Below, in pieces: positions 53,291-62,334 of a stretch of DNA of 64,000 nucleotides. Positions within the stretch are counted from its first letter, which is position 1, and each line of letters opens with the position of its first letter. Source of the stretch: the human T2T-CHM13v2.0 reference genome, Homo sapiens. The stretch lies in assembly GCF_009914755.1 (NCBI RefSeq), contig NC_060938.1. One strand, written 5' to 3'. Both the position numbers and the translations under genes were made by a program. The notes below the pieces were generated by a model. The model worked only from the letters and a program-made list of their open reading frames with translations. It was not told the origin of the DNA and did not search any database.

Positions 53291-53439
53291 GGCGCACAGT
53301 GCCGGCGCAGGAGCAGAGAGGCCCACAGCGCTGGCGAAAGGCGCAGAGAGGCCCACAGCGCCGGGGCAGGCGCAGAGAGGCCCACAGCGCCGGCGCAGGC
53401 GCAGAGAGGCCCACAGCGCCGGCGCAGGCGCAGAGAGGC
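53291..53439 (-). promoter_or_regulatory. 29-bp CpG repeat (~5 copies) of the subtelomeric 61-29-37 TERRA-promoter type
   Basis: gcgccggcgcaggcgcagagaggcccaca repeated. It lies on the TAR1 side of the telomeric tract, so transcription toward the tract would be on the minus strand. Confidence 0.75.
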
Positions 53440-55620
53440 AGAAGGCCCATGAGGGGAAGGTGAGACACCTGGGGCAAAGAAGAAAAAAAAATGCGCCGTG
53501 AAGCAGTGCCTGGGTCATCCAGGGACGAAAGTTTTTTCCCATCAGACCTTGCGCTGGGCCCCAGGGACTCTGGCATCCCTGGTTCACACCCGGGTTGTGC
53601 CTTAGGCGACTAGGGGTACCCCAACTTGGACAGAAGGCCCGTGAGTGGAAGTTGAAGTTTGTGGGAGGAGAGGTGAGGCACCAGGGGCAGAAAAAATAAA
53701 AAAAGAGGACCGCGTCTCAGAGAAGCGGGGCCTGGGTCCCCCACGGATGAAAGTGCCTTCCCATCAGGCCCTATGCTGGGCCTGGTGGACCCTGGCGACC
53801 CTGGTTCGAGCCCAGGGTGTGCCTCGGGACAGCTTGGGGTACCACAAAGCAAACAAAAGGTCCATGAGGGGAAGTTGAGGCACCTGAGGCAGAGAAAAAA
53901 AAATGCTCAGCCGAGAAGCAGTGCCTGGGTCACCCACGGATGAAAGTGCCATCCCATCAGCCCCTTCGCTGGGCCCTGGGGACCCTGGCGTCCCTTGTTT
54001 GACCCTGGGGTACGCCTCGGGACAGTAGGGGTACCCAAGGTGGGCAGAAAGCCCCTAAGGGGAAGGTGAGGCACCTAGGGCAGAGAAAAAAAAAACTTCA
54101 CCACGGAGAAACACGGCCTGGGTGCCCCACAGACGAAAGTGTCTTCCCATCAGTCCCTGCACTGGGACCCAGGGACCCTGGTGTCCCTTGTTCGAGCTCA
54201 GGGTGTGCCTCGGCCGCTAAGTGCACCCCAAGGGGGCTTTGGGGACACAAAACCCGTGAGGGGAAGGTGAGTTTTGAGGGAGGAGAGGTGAGGCACCTGT
54301 CACAGAAAAAGAAAAAAAAGAAACCCGCACCACGGAGAGGTGGGGCCTGGGTACCCCACGGATGAAAGTGCCTTCCCATCAGCCCCTGCGCTGGGCCCCG
54401 GGGAACCTAGAGTCCCTGGTTGGAGCTCATGGAGAGTCTCGGGCCACTAGGGATACCCAACGCGGTGGAAAGCCCATGAGAGGAAGGTGAGCTGTGAGGG
54501 AGGAGAGGTGAGGCACTTGTGGCAGAAAAGAAAAAGAAACCGAGCCACGGAAAAGTGGGGCCTGGGTCTCCCATGGAAAAAAAGTGCCTTCCCATCAGTC
54601 CCTGAGCTGGGCCCCGTGGACGCTGGAGACCCCGGTTCGAGCCCCGGGTGCGCCTCGGGCCTGCTAGGGGTACCACAAGGGGGGCTAAAATCCCATGAGG
54701 GGCAGTTGAGGTTTGAGGAAGGAGAGGTGAGGCACCTGTGGCAGAAAAAAAAAACTGCACCACGGAGAAGCGGAGCCTGGGTCCCCAACGGACGAAAGTG
54801 TCTTCCCATAAGCCCTTGCGCTGGGCACAGGGGACCCTGGCATTCCTGGTTCGAGACCAGGGTGCGATTCAGGCAGCTAGGGGTACGCCAAGACAGACAG
54901 AAGGCCCATGAGGGAAAGGTGAGACACCTGGGGCAGAGAACAAAATAAAAAACTGCGCATCCCAGAAGTGGGGACTGGGTTCCCCATGGACGAACGTCCC
55001 TATCCATAAGCCCTACACTGGGCCCCGGAGACCCTAGCATCCCTGGCTCAAAACAAGGGTGCGCCTCGAGCCGGATAGGGGTACCTCAAGACGGGCAGAA
55101 AGCCCATGACGGGAAAGTGAGGCACCTGTGGAAAAGAAAAGAAAAAAAAACGCAACAGAGAAGAAGAGCCGGGGTCCCCGAGGAAGAAAGTGTCTTATCA
55201 TCAGCCACTGCGCTTGACCCTGTGGAACCTGGCTTCCATGGTTCGAGCCCAGGGTGTGCCTTGGGCGGCTAGGGGTACCCCAAAGCTTGCAGAAGGCACA
55301 AGAGGGGAAGGTGAGGCACCTGGGGCAGAGAAAAAAAAACCCAGCCACGGAGAAGCGGGGACTGGGTCCTCCACATGGACGAAAGAGTCTTCCCATCAGG
55401 CCTTGTGCTGGGCCTCAGGGACCCTGGAGTCCCTGGTTCGATCCCACAGTGCAAATCGGGCCACTAGCTGTACCCCAAGGCAGACAGAAGCCACATGTAG
55501 GGAAGCTGAGATTTGAGGAAGGAGAGGAAAGGCATCTATCGTAGCAAAAAAAAAAACCGTGCAAAGGAGAAGCAGGGCATGGGTCCCCCACAGACGAAAG
55601 TGCCTTCCCATCAGGCCCTG
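53440..55620. repeat. GC-rich ~190-220-bp tandem repeat, ~11 units (ACRO-composite-associated satellite)
   Basis: Unit starts (gaaggcccatgaggggaaggtgaggcacc…) at ~53441, 53633, 53855, 54047, 54248, 54467, 54687, 54900, 55098, 55292 and 55487. Each has an A-tract and 'gggtcccccacggacgaaagtg'; most have 'ggggtaccc'. Confidence 0.85.
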
Positions 55621-55995
55621 AGGGTTTGAAACAGCATGAGGAGTGACTAATGTCTACAGGGTTCTTCTCTGGTCGGGGGTGATAAGACGTTCTACAATGG
55701 ATTGCGAATTAAAATTGAAATTGCACGACCACATTTATACTAAAAGCCACTCAATTCATGACTTTTAATGGCGGAAACTTATGTGGCGCACTCTCATGGA
55801 GACCACGGCAGACATAGTGAGAGAGAAAAAGGTGAGTAAATATCTGAAACGGAGGCAGAAAGAGAGAGAATGAAAAGCCCTGTGAATGGAAGGGAGAGAG
55901 AAAAGGGAAAGTGGTCCTATTTACAAATGACAGATGTGAAACTGGGGTTCACATCAACAGTGTCACTGCCAGGAAGGAGGGTCATGCTAGCCATG

Positions 55996-57912
55996 TCACC
56001 GGTAGTGTGTTCCGCAGGGACGCCGACCTGCTGGAGCGTCGTGCCAGCATGGGCTCTGGCAGCCACGTGGGCCAGCAGGAGGGTCCCGTTGCACAGCTGT
56101 GGGGTGAGGATAGACTGGGTGGTGATATCGGCCATGACAGGGGCCTCTTCTGCTGGCAAGAGTGTGACAATAGCAAGTAGATGGACAGGCCTGCGTGTGA
56201 GGACGGAATGCAGGAGGGGCTCTTGTGCGGCTGGGTGTGGGGCCCTCACGGGAACCGTGGAGTAATGGCCAGGTAACTGCGTCATGTGGGCTAGTAGATT
56301 GGCCAGGGCTTCGAACTGAAGGACAATAACGGGGAGTAGCTGTCAGGCCCTGGGAGTGTCTGAGTGTAGGTGGAGATGGGTTTGGGGTCACAGAGGGATG
56401 CGTGGGAGCCATCCCTGTAGAGGTGCAGGTCATAGGGAGATAGTCTCGTGAGGCCTGTGAGTGTCTAGGGTTGTCCTGGGTGCCTGGGGCTGACTGTGGC
56501 AGAAATCTGGGGAAGGCTGGAGAGAAGCTGGGAGACCCAGGAGAGTCCCTGAAGGCAGGGGGTGAAGAGGTGAAAGAAATGGGGGAGGGTTGCAGTAAGG
56601 TCCGTGAGTTTGTAGGTGATTCCTGGGTGCGGGAAGCTGACTCCAGGTGAAATCTGGAGATGGTTGGAGAGTAGCTGAGAGAGACAGAAGAGTCCCTGAG
56701 GGCTGCGGGTGAGAACATGAGGGAGACTGGGGAGTAAGTCAGTGAAATTCGTGAGTTTGGTGGTGTATCGTGGGTGCCTGGAACTGACTCCAGCTGGAAC
56801 CTAGAGAAGTTTTGAGAGTAGCTGAAAGAGACACGAGAGTCCCTGTGGGCTGAGGGCAAAGACCTCAGAGAGACCGGGGAGGACCTCAGTGAAGTCTGTG
56901 AGTCCGTAGGTGATTCTGGAGTGTGGGAGGCTGACTCCCGCTGAAATCTGGGCGTGGTGGGAGAGTAGCTGGGACAGACAGGAGAGTCCCAGGGGGCTGG
57001 GGGTGAAGACATGAGAGAGACTGGGGAGTAACTCAGTGAAACTGCTGAGTTTGTAGGTGATACCTGGGTGCCTGGAACTGACTCCCGCTGAAATCTGGGC
57101 ATGGTTGGAGAGTAGCTGGGACCCCCAGGAGAGTCCCTGAGGGCTGGGGGTGAAGACATGAGAGAGACCGGGGAGTAACTGAGTGAAACTGGTGAGTCTG
57201 GTGGTGACTCCGGGGTGCCTGGAACTGACTCCAGCTGAAATGTGGGCGTGCTTGGAGAGTAGCTGGGACAGACAGGAGAGTCCCTGAGGGTTGGAGATAA
57301 AGACGTGCTAGAGACTGAGGAGTAACTGAGTGAAATTGGTGAGTTTGGTGGTGATTCCGGAGTGCCTGGAACTGACTCCAGCTGCAATGTGGGCTTGGCT
57401 GGAGAGTAGCTGGGACAGACGGGAGAGTCCCTGAGGGATGGTGAAGACATGAGAGAGACTGGGGAGTAACGCAGTGAAATTGGTGAGTTTGGTGGTGATT
57501 TCTGGTTGCCTGCAACGGACTCCCGCTGAAGTGTGGGCGTGTTTGGAGAGTAGCTGGGACAGTCAGGCGAGTCCCTGAGGGTTGGAGATAAAGACGTGCT
57601 AGAGACTGGGGAGTAACTCAGTGAAAGTGGTGGGCTTGGCGGTGATCCCTGGGTTCCTGCAACTGACTCGCGCTGAAATGTGGGCGTGGTTGGAGAGTAG
57701 CTGGGACAGACTGGAGGGTCCGTAAGGGCTGGGGGTGAAGACGTGAGAGAGACTGGCCAGGATCTCACTGAGGTCTGTGAGTTTGTAGGTGTTTCTGGGG
57801 TGTGGGGTACAGACTCCCGCTGAAATCTGGGCGTGGTTGGAGAGTAGCTGGGACAGACAGGAGAGTCATGGGTGGCTGGGGATGAGCTGCTGGATGATGG
57901 CAGTAAGAACAT
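55996..57912 (-). CDS. Ser/Pro-rich 49-aa-repeat ORF (ACRO1-type 147-bp repeats); 5'-truncated inverted copy, 638 aa from the first ATG
   Basis: Open frame to 57960, where the track start is a TTG outside the duplicated arm; first ATG at 57912. Nine full repeats plus a partial one, then a His/Cys/Arg-rich tail identical to the plus-strand copy. No promoter is recognisable for this copy. Confidence 0.4.
   Translation of the reverse strand: MFLLPSSSSSSPATHDSPVCPSYSPTTPRFQRESVPHTPETPTNSQTSVRSWPVSLTSSPPALTDPPVCPSYSPTTPTFQRESVAGTQGSPPSPPLSLSYSPVSSTSLSPTLRDSPDCPSYSPNTPTLQRESVAGNQKSPPNSPISLRYSPVSLMSSPSLRDSPVCPSYSPAKPTLQLESVPGTPESPPNSPISLSYSSVSSTSLSPTLRDSPVCPSYSPSTPTFQLESVPGTPESPPDSPVSLSYSPVSLMSSPPALRDSPGGPSYSPTMPRFQRESVPGTQVSPTNSAVSLSYSPVSLMSSPPAPWDSPVCPSYSPTTPRFQRESASHTPESPTDSQTSLRSSPVSLRSLPSAHRDSRVSFSYSQNFSRFQLESVPGTHDTPPNSRISLTYSPVSLMFSPAALRDSSVSLSYSPTISRFHLESASRTQESPTNSRTLLQPSPISFTSSPPAFRDSPGSPSFSPAFPRFLPQSAPGTQDNPRHSQASRDYLPMTCTSTGMAPTHPSVTPNPSPPTLRHSQGLTATPRYCPSVRSPGQSTSPHDAVTWPLLHGSREGPTPSRTRAPPAFRPHTQACPSTCYCHTLASRRGPCHGRYHHPVYPHPTAVQRDPPAGPRGCQSPCWHDAPAGRRPCGTHYR
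56470..57870 (-). repeat. ACRO1-type 147-bp satellite array (left, inverted copy)
   Basis: 147-bp period of 'ggagagtagctgggacagacaggagagtccctgaggg'; reverse complement of ~60225-61620. Confidence 0.85.
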
Positions 57913-57959
57913 GTGGTAAGGGCCGAGTCCCGCCAGACAGGCCTCCCACACTCGTAACA

Positions 57960-58320
57960 ACCGGAAGCCCTACATTGTTTTACCTGTGCTTCTCAGCAAC
58001 TGCCTATAAATTAGGTTGCTGCCACTCCCAGATTTAGTTGCATTCATTGGCTGGAAGAGCTCACAGCACGTAGGGAAACACTTACATTTGCCGTTGTATT
58101 TTAGCGGACATTGCAAAAGTTCAGAAATAAATGTGGGGCCCGGCATGTGGGGAGGGGCGCACTGCCTTCCAGGAAGTGTTATCCAGAAGCTCCCTGAACC
58201 CAGTCCTTTTGGGTTTTTATGGAGACCTCATTCTATAGGCATGATGGGTTAAACCATAGGCTATTGGTGATCAACTCCACCTGAGGCTCTCAACCCTCCC
58301 TGGAAATTGGGGTTGAGGCT
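57960..58320. mobile_element. MER21-like ERVL LTR fragment
   Basis: 'gaagctccctgaacccagtccttttgggtttttatggagacctcattctataggcatgatgggttaaaccataggctattggtgatcaactc' resembles MER21 and the reverse-oriented sequence at ~42380-42480. Confidence 0.6.
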
Positions 58321-58400
58321 TTGCCATTCTCAGTCTGACTAAAAGAAGTTACCCAAACGGAATTTTAAAACAGATGAGCATAACTGGACTCTTAATTAGA

Positions 58401-58411
58401 TGATTGGATTA
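58401..58411 (-). promoter_or_regulatory. DUX4-consensus site (TAATCCAATCA on the minus strand)
   Basis: tgattggatta at 58401-58411 fits the DUX4 motif TAAYYBAATCA. It lies ~530 bp upstream of the predicted TSS. Motif match only. Confidence 0.4.
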
Positions 58412-58873
58412 TCTGGACACACACCTTGATATTCCAAACCGGAGCACCCTCATCCAACGAATGCTCCACCCAACTGGCTCCCAAGTCTCCACGTGGTTCC
58501 AGAGCAAAAGAATGTTTATACAACGCATATCTCTACTTTTTCTTCAAAGTCTTTTCGCTTACACGGAAAGACTTCTTCAACTGCCATGCATCAGGGTCAG
58601 GGGGAGGTCTTGTTGCAACACACATCTGTGGATCTCCGGGATTTGATTGTGGCAAGGATGCTGCTGGTGTCGAAACCACAACGTGGGAACCACAGAACCA
58701 CTGGTTGGTTTTCAGTGTTTCAGTGCATACAATTCCTAATATATCTGGCCAAGAAAACTTGGAAGTTCTTAGATTGTCCCAAAGGTGGCGCATGAAATCA
58801 AAGCAGGAGAACAGTTTCCTACGAGGTGTAGCCTGGGAAAGTTGGGGGTGACTGATGGAAAGGAGGAGTGAAG

Positions 58874-58945
58874 CTCCGCCCTTTCCGCTGCTAGGCTGCG
58901 CCCGAGGCTATTTAAACCCACCCTGGCTGGCCTGTACTCAGATCT
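58874..58945 (+). promoter_or_regulatory. Predicted Pol II core promoter: GC box, TATA box, Inr
   Basis: ctccgccc at 58874-58881; TATTTAAA at 58909-58916; Inr-like TCAGAT with A at 58940, 31 nt from the first T of the TATA box. Local CpG enrichment, and no ATG between 58940 and 59260. Confidence 0.6.
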
Positions 58946-59259
58946 TCGCGGAGCGGATCAGCGGCCGGAGCGTTTGGCGGACTCTGCGTGGACTTGGAGC
59001 TCACGGCGTCTTGCGACTTGGAAGCGGATTCAGAGGACAGGACAGAACACTTGGGCAAGTGAATCTCTGTCCGTCTGTCTTTCTGTCTGTCTGTGTGTCT
59101 GTCTCATTGGTTGGTTGATTTTCATTTTCTTAAGGGGCACATACCTCACACCGCACACACAGAAACACACACACACACGCACACACACGCACACACACTC
59201 CTTCCTTCTGCGAGTTAGAAAATTAGTAGGGGCCCCTGGGAGCTGCAGGTTTCCTAATC

Positions 59260-62096
59260 ATGTCTGCACCTAAGAACAGTTGGGAATTGTCTGGCTCTTC
59301 TTATGAACGGTCCCCCAGCCAGGACTCCCCAAGGTCCATGCGAGCCTCACCCAGCTTCTCCCTCTCCCCTCTCAGAAACTCAGGCTTAAGGGGAAGCTCC
59401 TCACCAGGGATCCGGAGCTACCATTCACCATCCCCTAGGGCTTCACCACACTCACCTCTGTCATCACCAGAATCCCACAAGCTCCCATTTGCCTGTCCTC
59501 ACCGTGATGGGCAATCAATGAAGCCATCGGGCTCTCCCGTGTCCTCCTCTGAGGATTCCTCAGAGTCCCCACGTTCATCAATAATATACCACATGTTCTT
59601 ACTGCCATCACCCAGCAGCTCACCCCCAGCTCTCGGGGGGTCTCCTGTGTCTCCCAGCTACTCTCCAAACAACCCCAGATTTCAGCTGGAGTCAGCCCCC
59701 CACACCCAGGAATCACCTACAAACTCACGAGCCTCACGGTGCTGCATCCCTGTGTCTTTCATCTCTTCACCCCCAGGCCTCAGGGACTCTCCTGTGGCTC
59801 CCAGTTCCTCTCCAGCCATCCCCAGGTTCCTGCGGGAGTCAGCCCCATGCACCCAGGAGTCCCCCAGAGACTCACATGTCTCGGGAGAATATGAGCGGTC
59901 CTCCAGCCCTGACTCCTCAAGATTCAGGCCTGCCTCACCCAGCTACTCCCTCTCCCCTCCCAGAAACTCAGACCCAAGGGCAGCTCCTCACCAGGGATGT
60001 GGAAGTACTCTACATCATCCCGCAGGGCTTCACCACTCTCACATCCATCATCAACAGAATTCCACAGCTTTACGTTTCCCTTTCCTAACCAAGCAGGACA
60101 GTCACTCATGTCATTGTGTTCTCCCGTGTCCTCCTCTGGAGATTCTTCACAGTCACCTCATTCATCAATAATATACCATATGTTCTTACTGCCATCATCC
60201 AGCAGCTCATCCCCAGCCACCCATGACTCTCCTGTCTGTCCCAGCTACTCTCCAACCACGCCCAGATTTCAGCGGGAGTCTGTACCCCACACCCCAGAAA
60301 CACCTACAAACTCACAGACCTCAGTGAGATCCTGGCCAGTCTCTCTCACGTCTTCACCCCCAGCCCTTATGGACCCTCCAGTCTGTCCCAGCTACTCTCC
60401 AACCACGCCCACATTTCAGCGTGGGTCAGTTCCAGAAACCCAGGGATCACCGCCAAGCCCACCACTTTCACTGAGTTACTCCCCAGTCTCTAGCACGTCT
60501 TTATCTCCAACCCTCAGGGACTCGCCTGACTGTCCCAGCTACTCTCCAAACACGCCCACACTTCCGCGGGAGTCCGTTGCAGGCAACCAGAAATCACCAC
60601 CAAACTCACCAATTTCACTGCCTTACTCCCCAGTCTCTCTCATGTCTTCACCATCCCTCAGGGACTCTCCCGTCTGTCCCAGCTACTCTCCAACCACGCC
60701 CACATTGCAGCTGGAGTCAGTTCCAGGCACTCCGGAATCACCACCAAACTCACTAATTTCACTCAGTTACTCCTCAGTCTCTAGCACGTCTTTATCTCCA
60801 ACCCTCAGGGACTCTCCTGTGTGTCCCAGCTACTCTCCAACCACGCCCACACTTCAGCTGGAGTCAGTTCCAGGCACCCCGGAATCACCACCAAACTCAC
60901 CAGTTTCACTCAGTTACTCCCCGGTCTCTCTCATGTCTTCACCCCCAGCCCTCAGGGACTCTCCTGGGGGTCCCAGCTACTCTCCAACCATGCCCAGATT
61001 TCAGCGGGAGTCAGTTCCAGGCACCCAGGTTTCACCTACAAACTCAGCAGTTTCACTGAGTTACTCCCCAGTCTCTCTCATGTCTTCAGCCCCAGCCCCC
61101 TGGGACTCTCCTGTCTGTCCCAGCTACTCTCCCACCACGCCCAGATTTCAGCGGGAGTCAGCCTCCCACACTCCAGAATCACCTACGGACTCACAGACTT
61201 CACTGAGGTCCTCCCCGGTCTCTCTGAGGTCTTTGCCCTCAGCCCACTGGGACTCTCGTGTCTCTTTCAGCTACTCTCAAAACTTCTCTAGATTCCAGCT
61301 GGAGTCAGTTCCAGGCACCCACGATACACCACCGAACTCACGAATTTCACTGACTTACTCCCCAGTCTCCCTCATGTTCTCACCCCCAGCCCTCAGGGAC
61401 TCTTCTGTCTCTCTCAGCTACTCTCCAACCATCTCCAGATTTCACCTGGAGTCAGCTTCCCGCACCCAGGAATCACCTACAAACTCACGGACCTTACTGC
61501 AACCCTCCCCCATTTCTTTCACCTCTTCACCCCCTGCCTTCAGGGACTCTCCTGGGTCTCCCAGCTTCTCTCCAGCCTTCCCCAGATTTCTGCCACAGTC
61601 AGCCCCAGGCACCCAGGACAACCCTAGACACTCACAGGCCTCACGAGACTATCTCCCTATGACCTGTACCTCTACAGGGATGGCTCCCACGCATCCCTCT
61701 GTGACCCCAAACCCATCTCCACCTACACTCAGACACTCCCAGGGCCTGACAGCTACTCCCCGTTATTGTCCTTCAGTTCGAAGCCCTGGCCAATCTACTA
61801 GCCCACATGACGCAGTTACCTGGCCATTACTCCACGGTTCCCGTGAGGGCCCCACACCCAGCCGCACAAGAGCCCCTCCTGCATTCCGTCCTCACACGCA
61901 GGCCTGTCCATCTACTTGCTATTGTCACACTCTTGCCAGCAGAAGAGGCCCCTGTCATGGCCGATATCACCACCCAGTCTATCCTCACCCCACAGCTGTG
62001 CAACGGGACCCTCCTGCTGGCCCACGTGGCTGCCAGAGCCCATGCTGGCACGACGCTCCAGCAGGTCGGCGTCCCTGCGGAACACACTACCGGTGA
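59260..62096 (+). CDS. Ser/Pro-rich, Pol II CTD-like 49-aa-repeat protein gene encoded by ACRO1-type repeats; split into 303-aa and 699-aa ORFs by a 1-nt deletion (945 aa if repaired)
   Basis: ATG 59260 has A at -3 and is the first ATG after the TSS. ORF 59260-60171 overlaps ORF 59997-62096 in the -1 frame. The internal duplicate 'agg gga agc tcc tca cca ggg' (59388) versus 'agg gc agc tcc tca cca ggg' (59977) places the missing G. Repeat unit: DSPVCPSYSPTTP.FQ.ESVPGT.ESPPNS..SLSYSPVSL.SSPPALR. ATTAAA at 62323-62328. Confidence 0.55.
60225..61620 (+). repeat. ACRO1-type 147-bp satellite array (right copy), 9 full units plus a partial unit
   Basis: 'gactctcctgtctgtcccagctactctccaaccacgcccagatttcagc' recurs every 147 bp (60225, 60372, …), with one 144-bp unit. 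Length and context agree with the acrocentric ACRO1/ACR1 repeat as recalled. Confidence 0.85.
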
Positions 62097-62334
62097 CATG
62101 GCTAGCATGACCCTCCTTCCTGGCAGTGACACTGTTGATGTGAACCCCAGTTTCACATCTGTCATTTGTAAATAGGACCACTTTCCCTTTTCTCTCTCCC
62201 TTCCATTCACAGGGCTTTTCATTCTCTCTCTTTCTGCCTCCGTTTCAGATATTTACTCACCTTTTTCTCTCTCACTATGTCTGCCGTGGTCTCCATGAGA
62301 GTGCGCCACATAAGTTTCCGCCATTAAAAGTCAT

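Noticed and set aside
53011-53587. Arg/Ala-rich ORFs over TAR1 and the 29-bp repeats
   Set aside because: Products of a stop-poor GC repeat whose 29-bp period is not a multiple of 3.
53440-55620. Hammerhead-ribozyme-like 'GTCC-cccac-GGAC-GAAA' stem in the ~200-bp repeat units
   Set aside because: The required CUGANGA core is absent 5' of the stem (it reads 'gcctgg'), and the stem is often broken (ggatgaaa, agacgaaa).
57913-57960. N-terminus MLRVWEACLAGLGP of the 654-aa ORF
   Set aside because: It starts at TTG and lies mostly outside the duplicated arm, so it is chance open sequence at the breakpoint.
59997-62096. POLR2A (RPB1) gene or processed pseudogene
   Set aside because: No polymerase domains and no tandem YSPTSPS heptads; the period is 49 aa, so the similarity is at motif level only.
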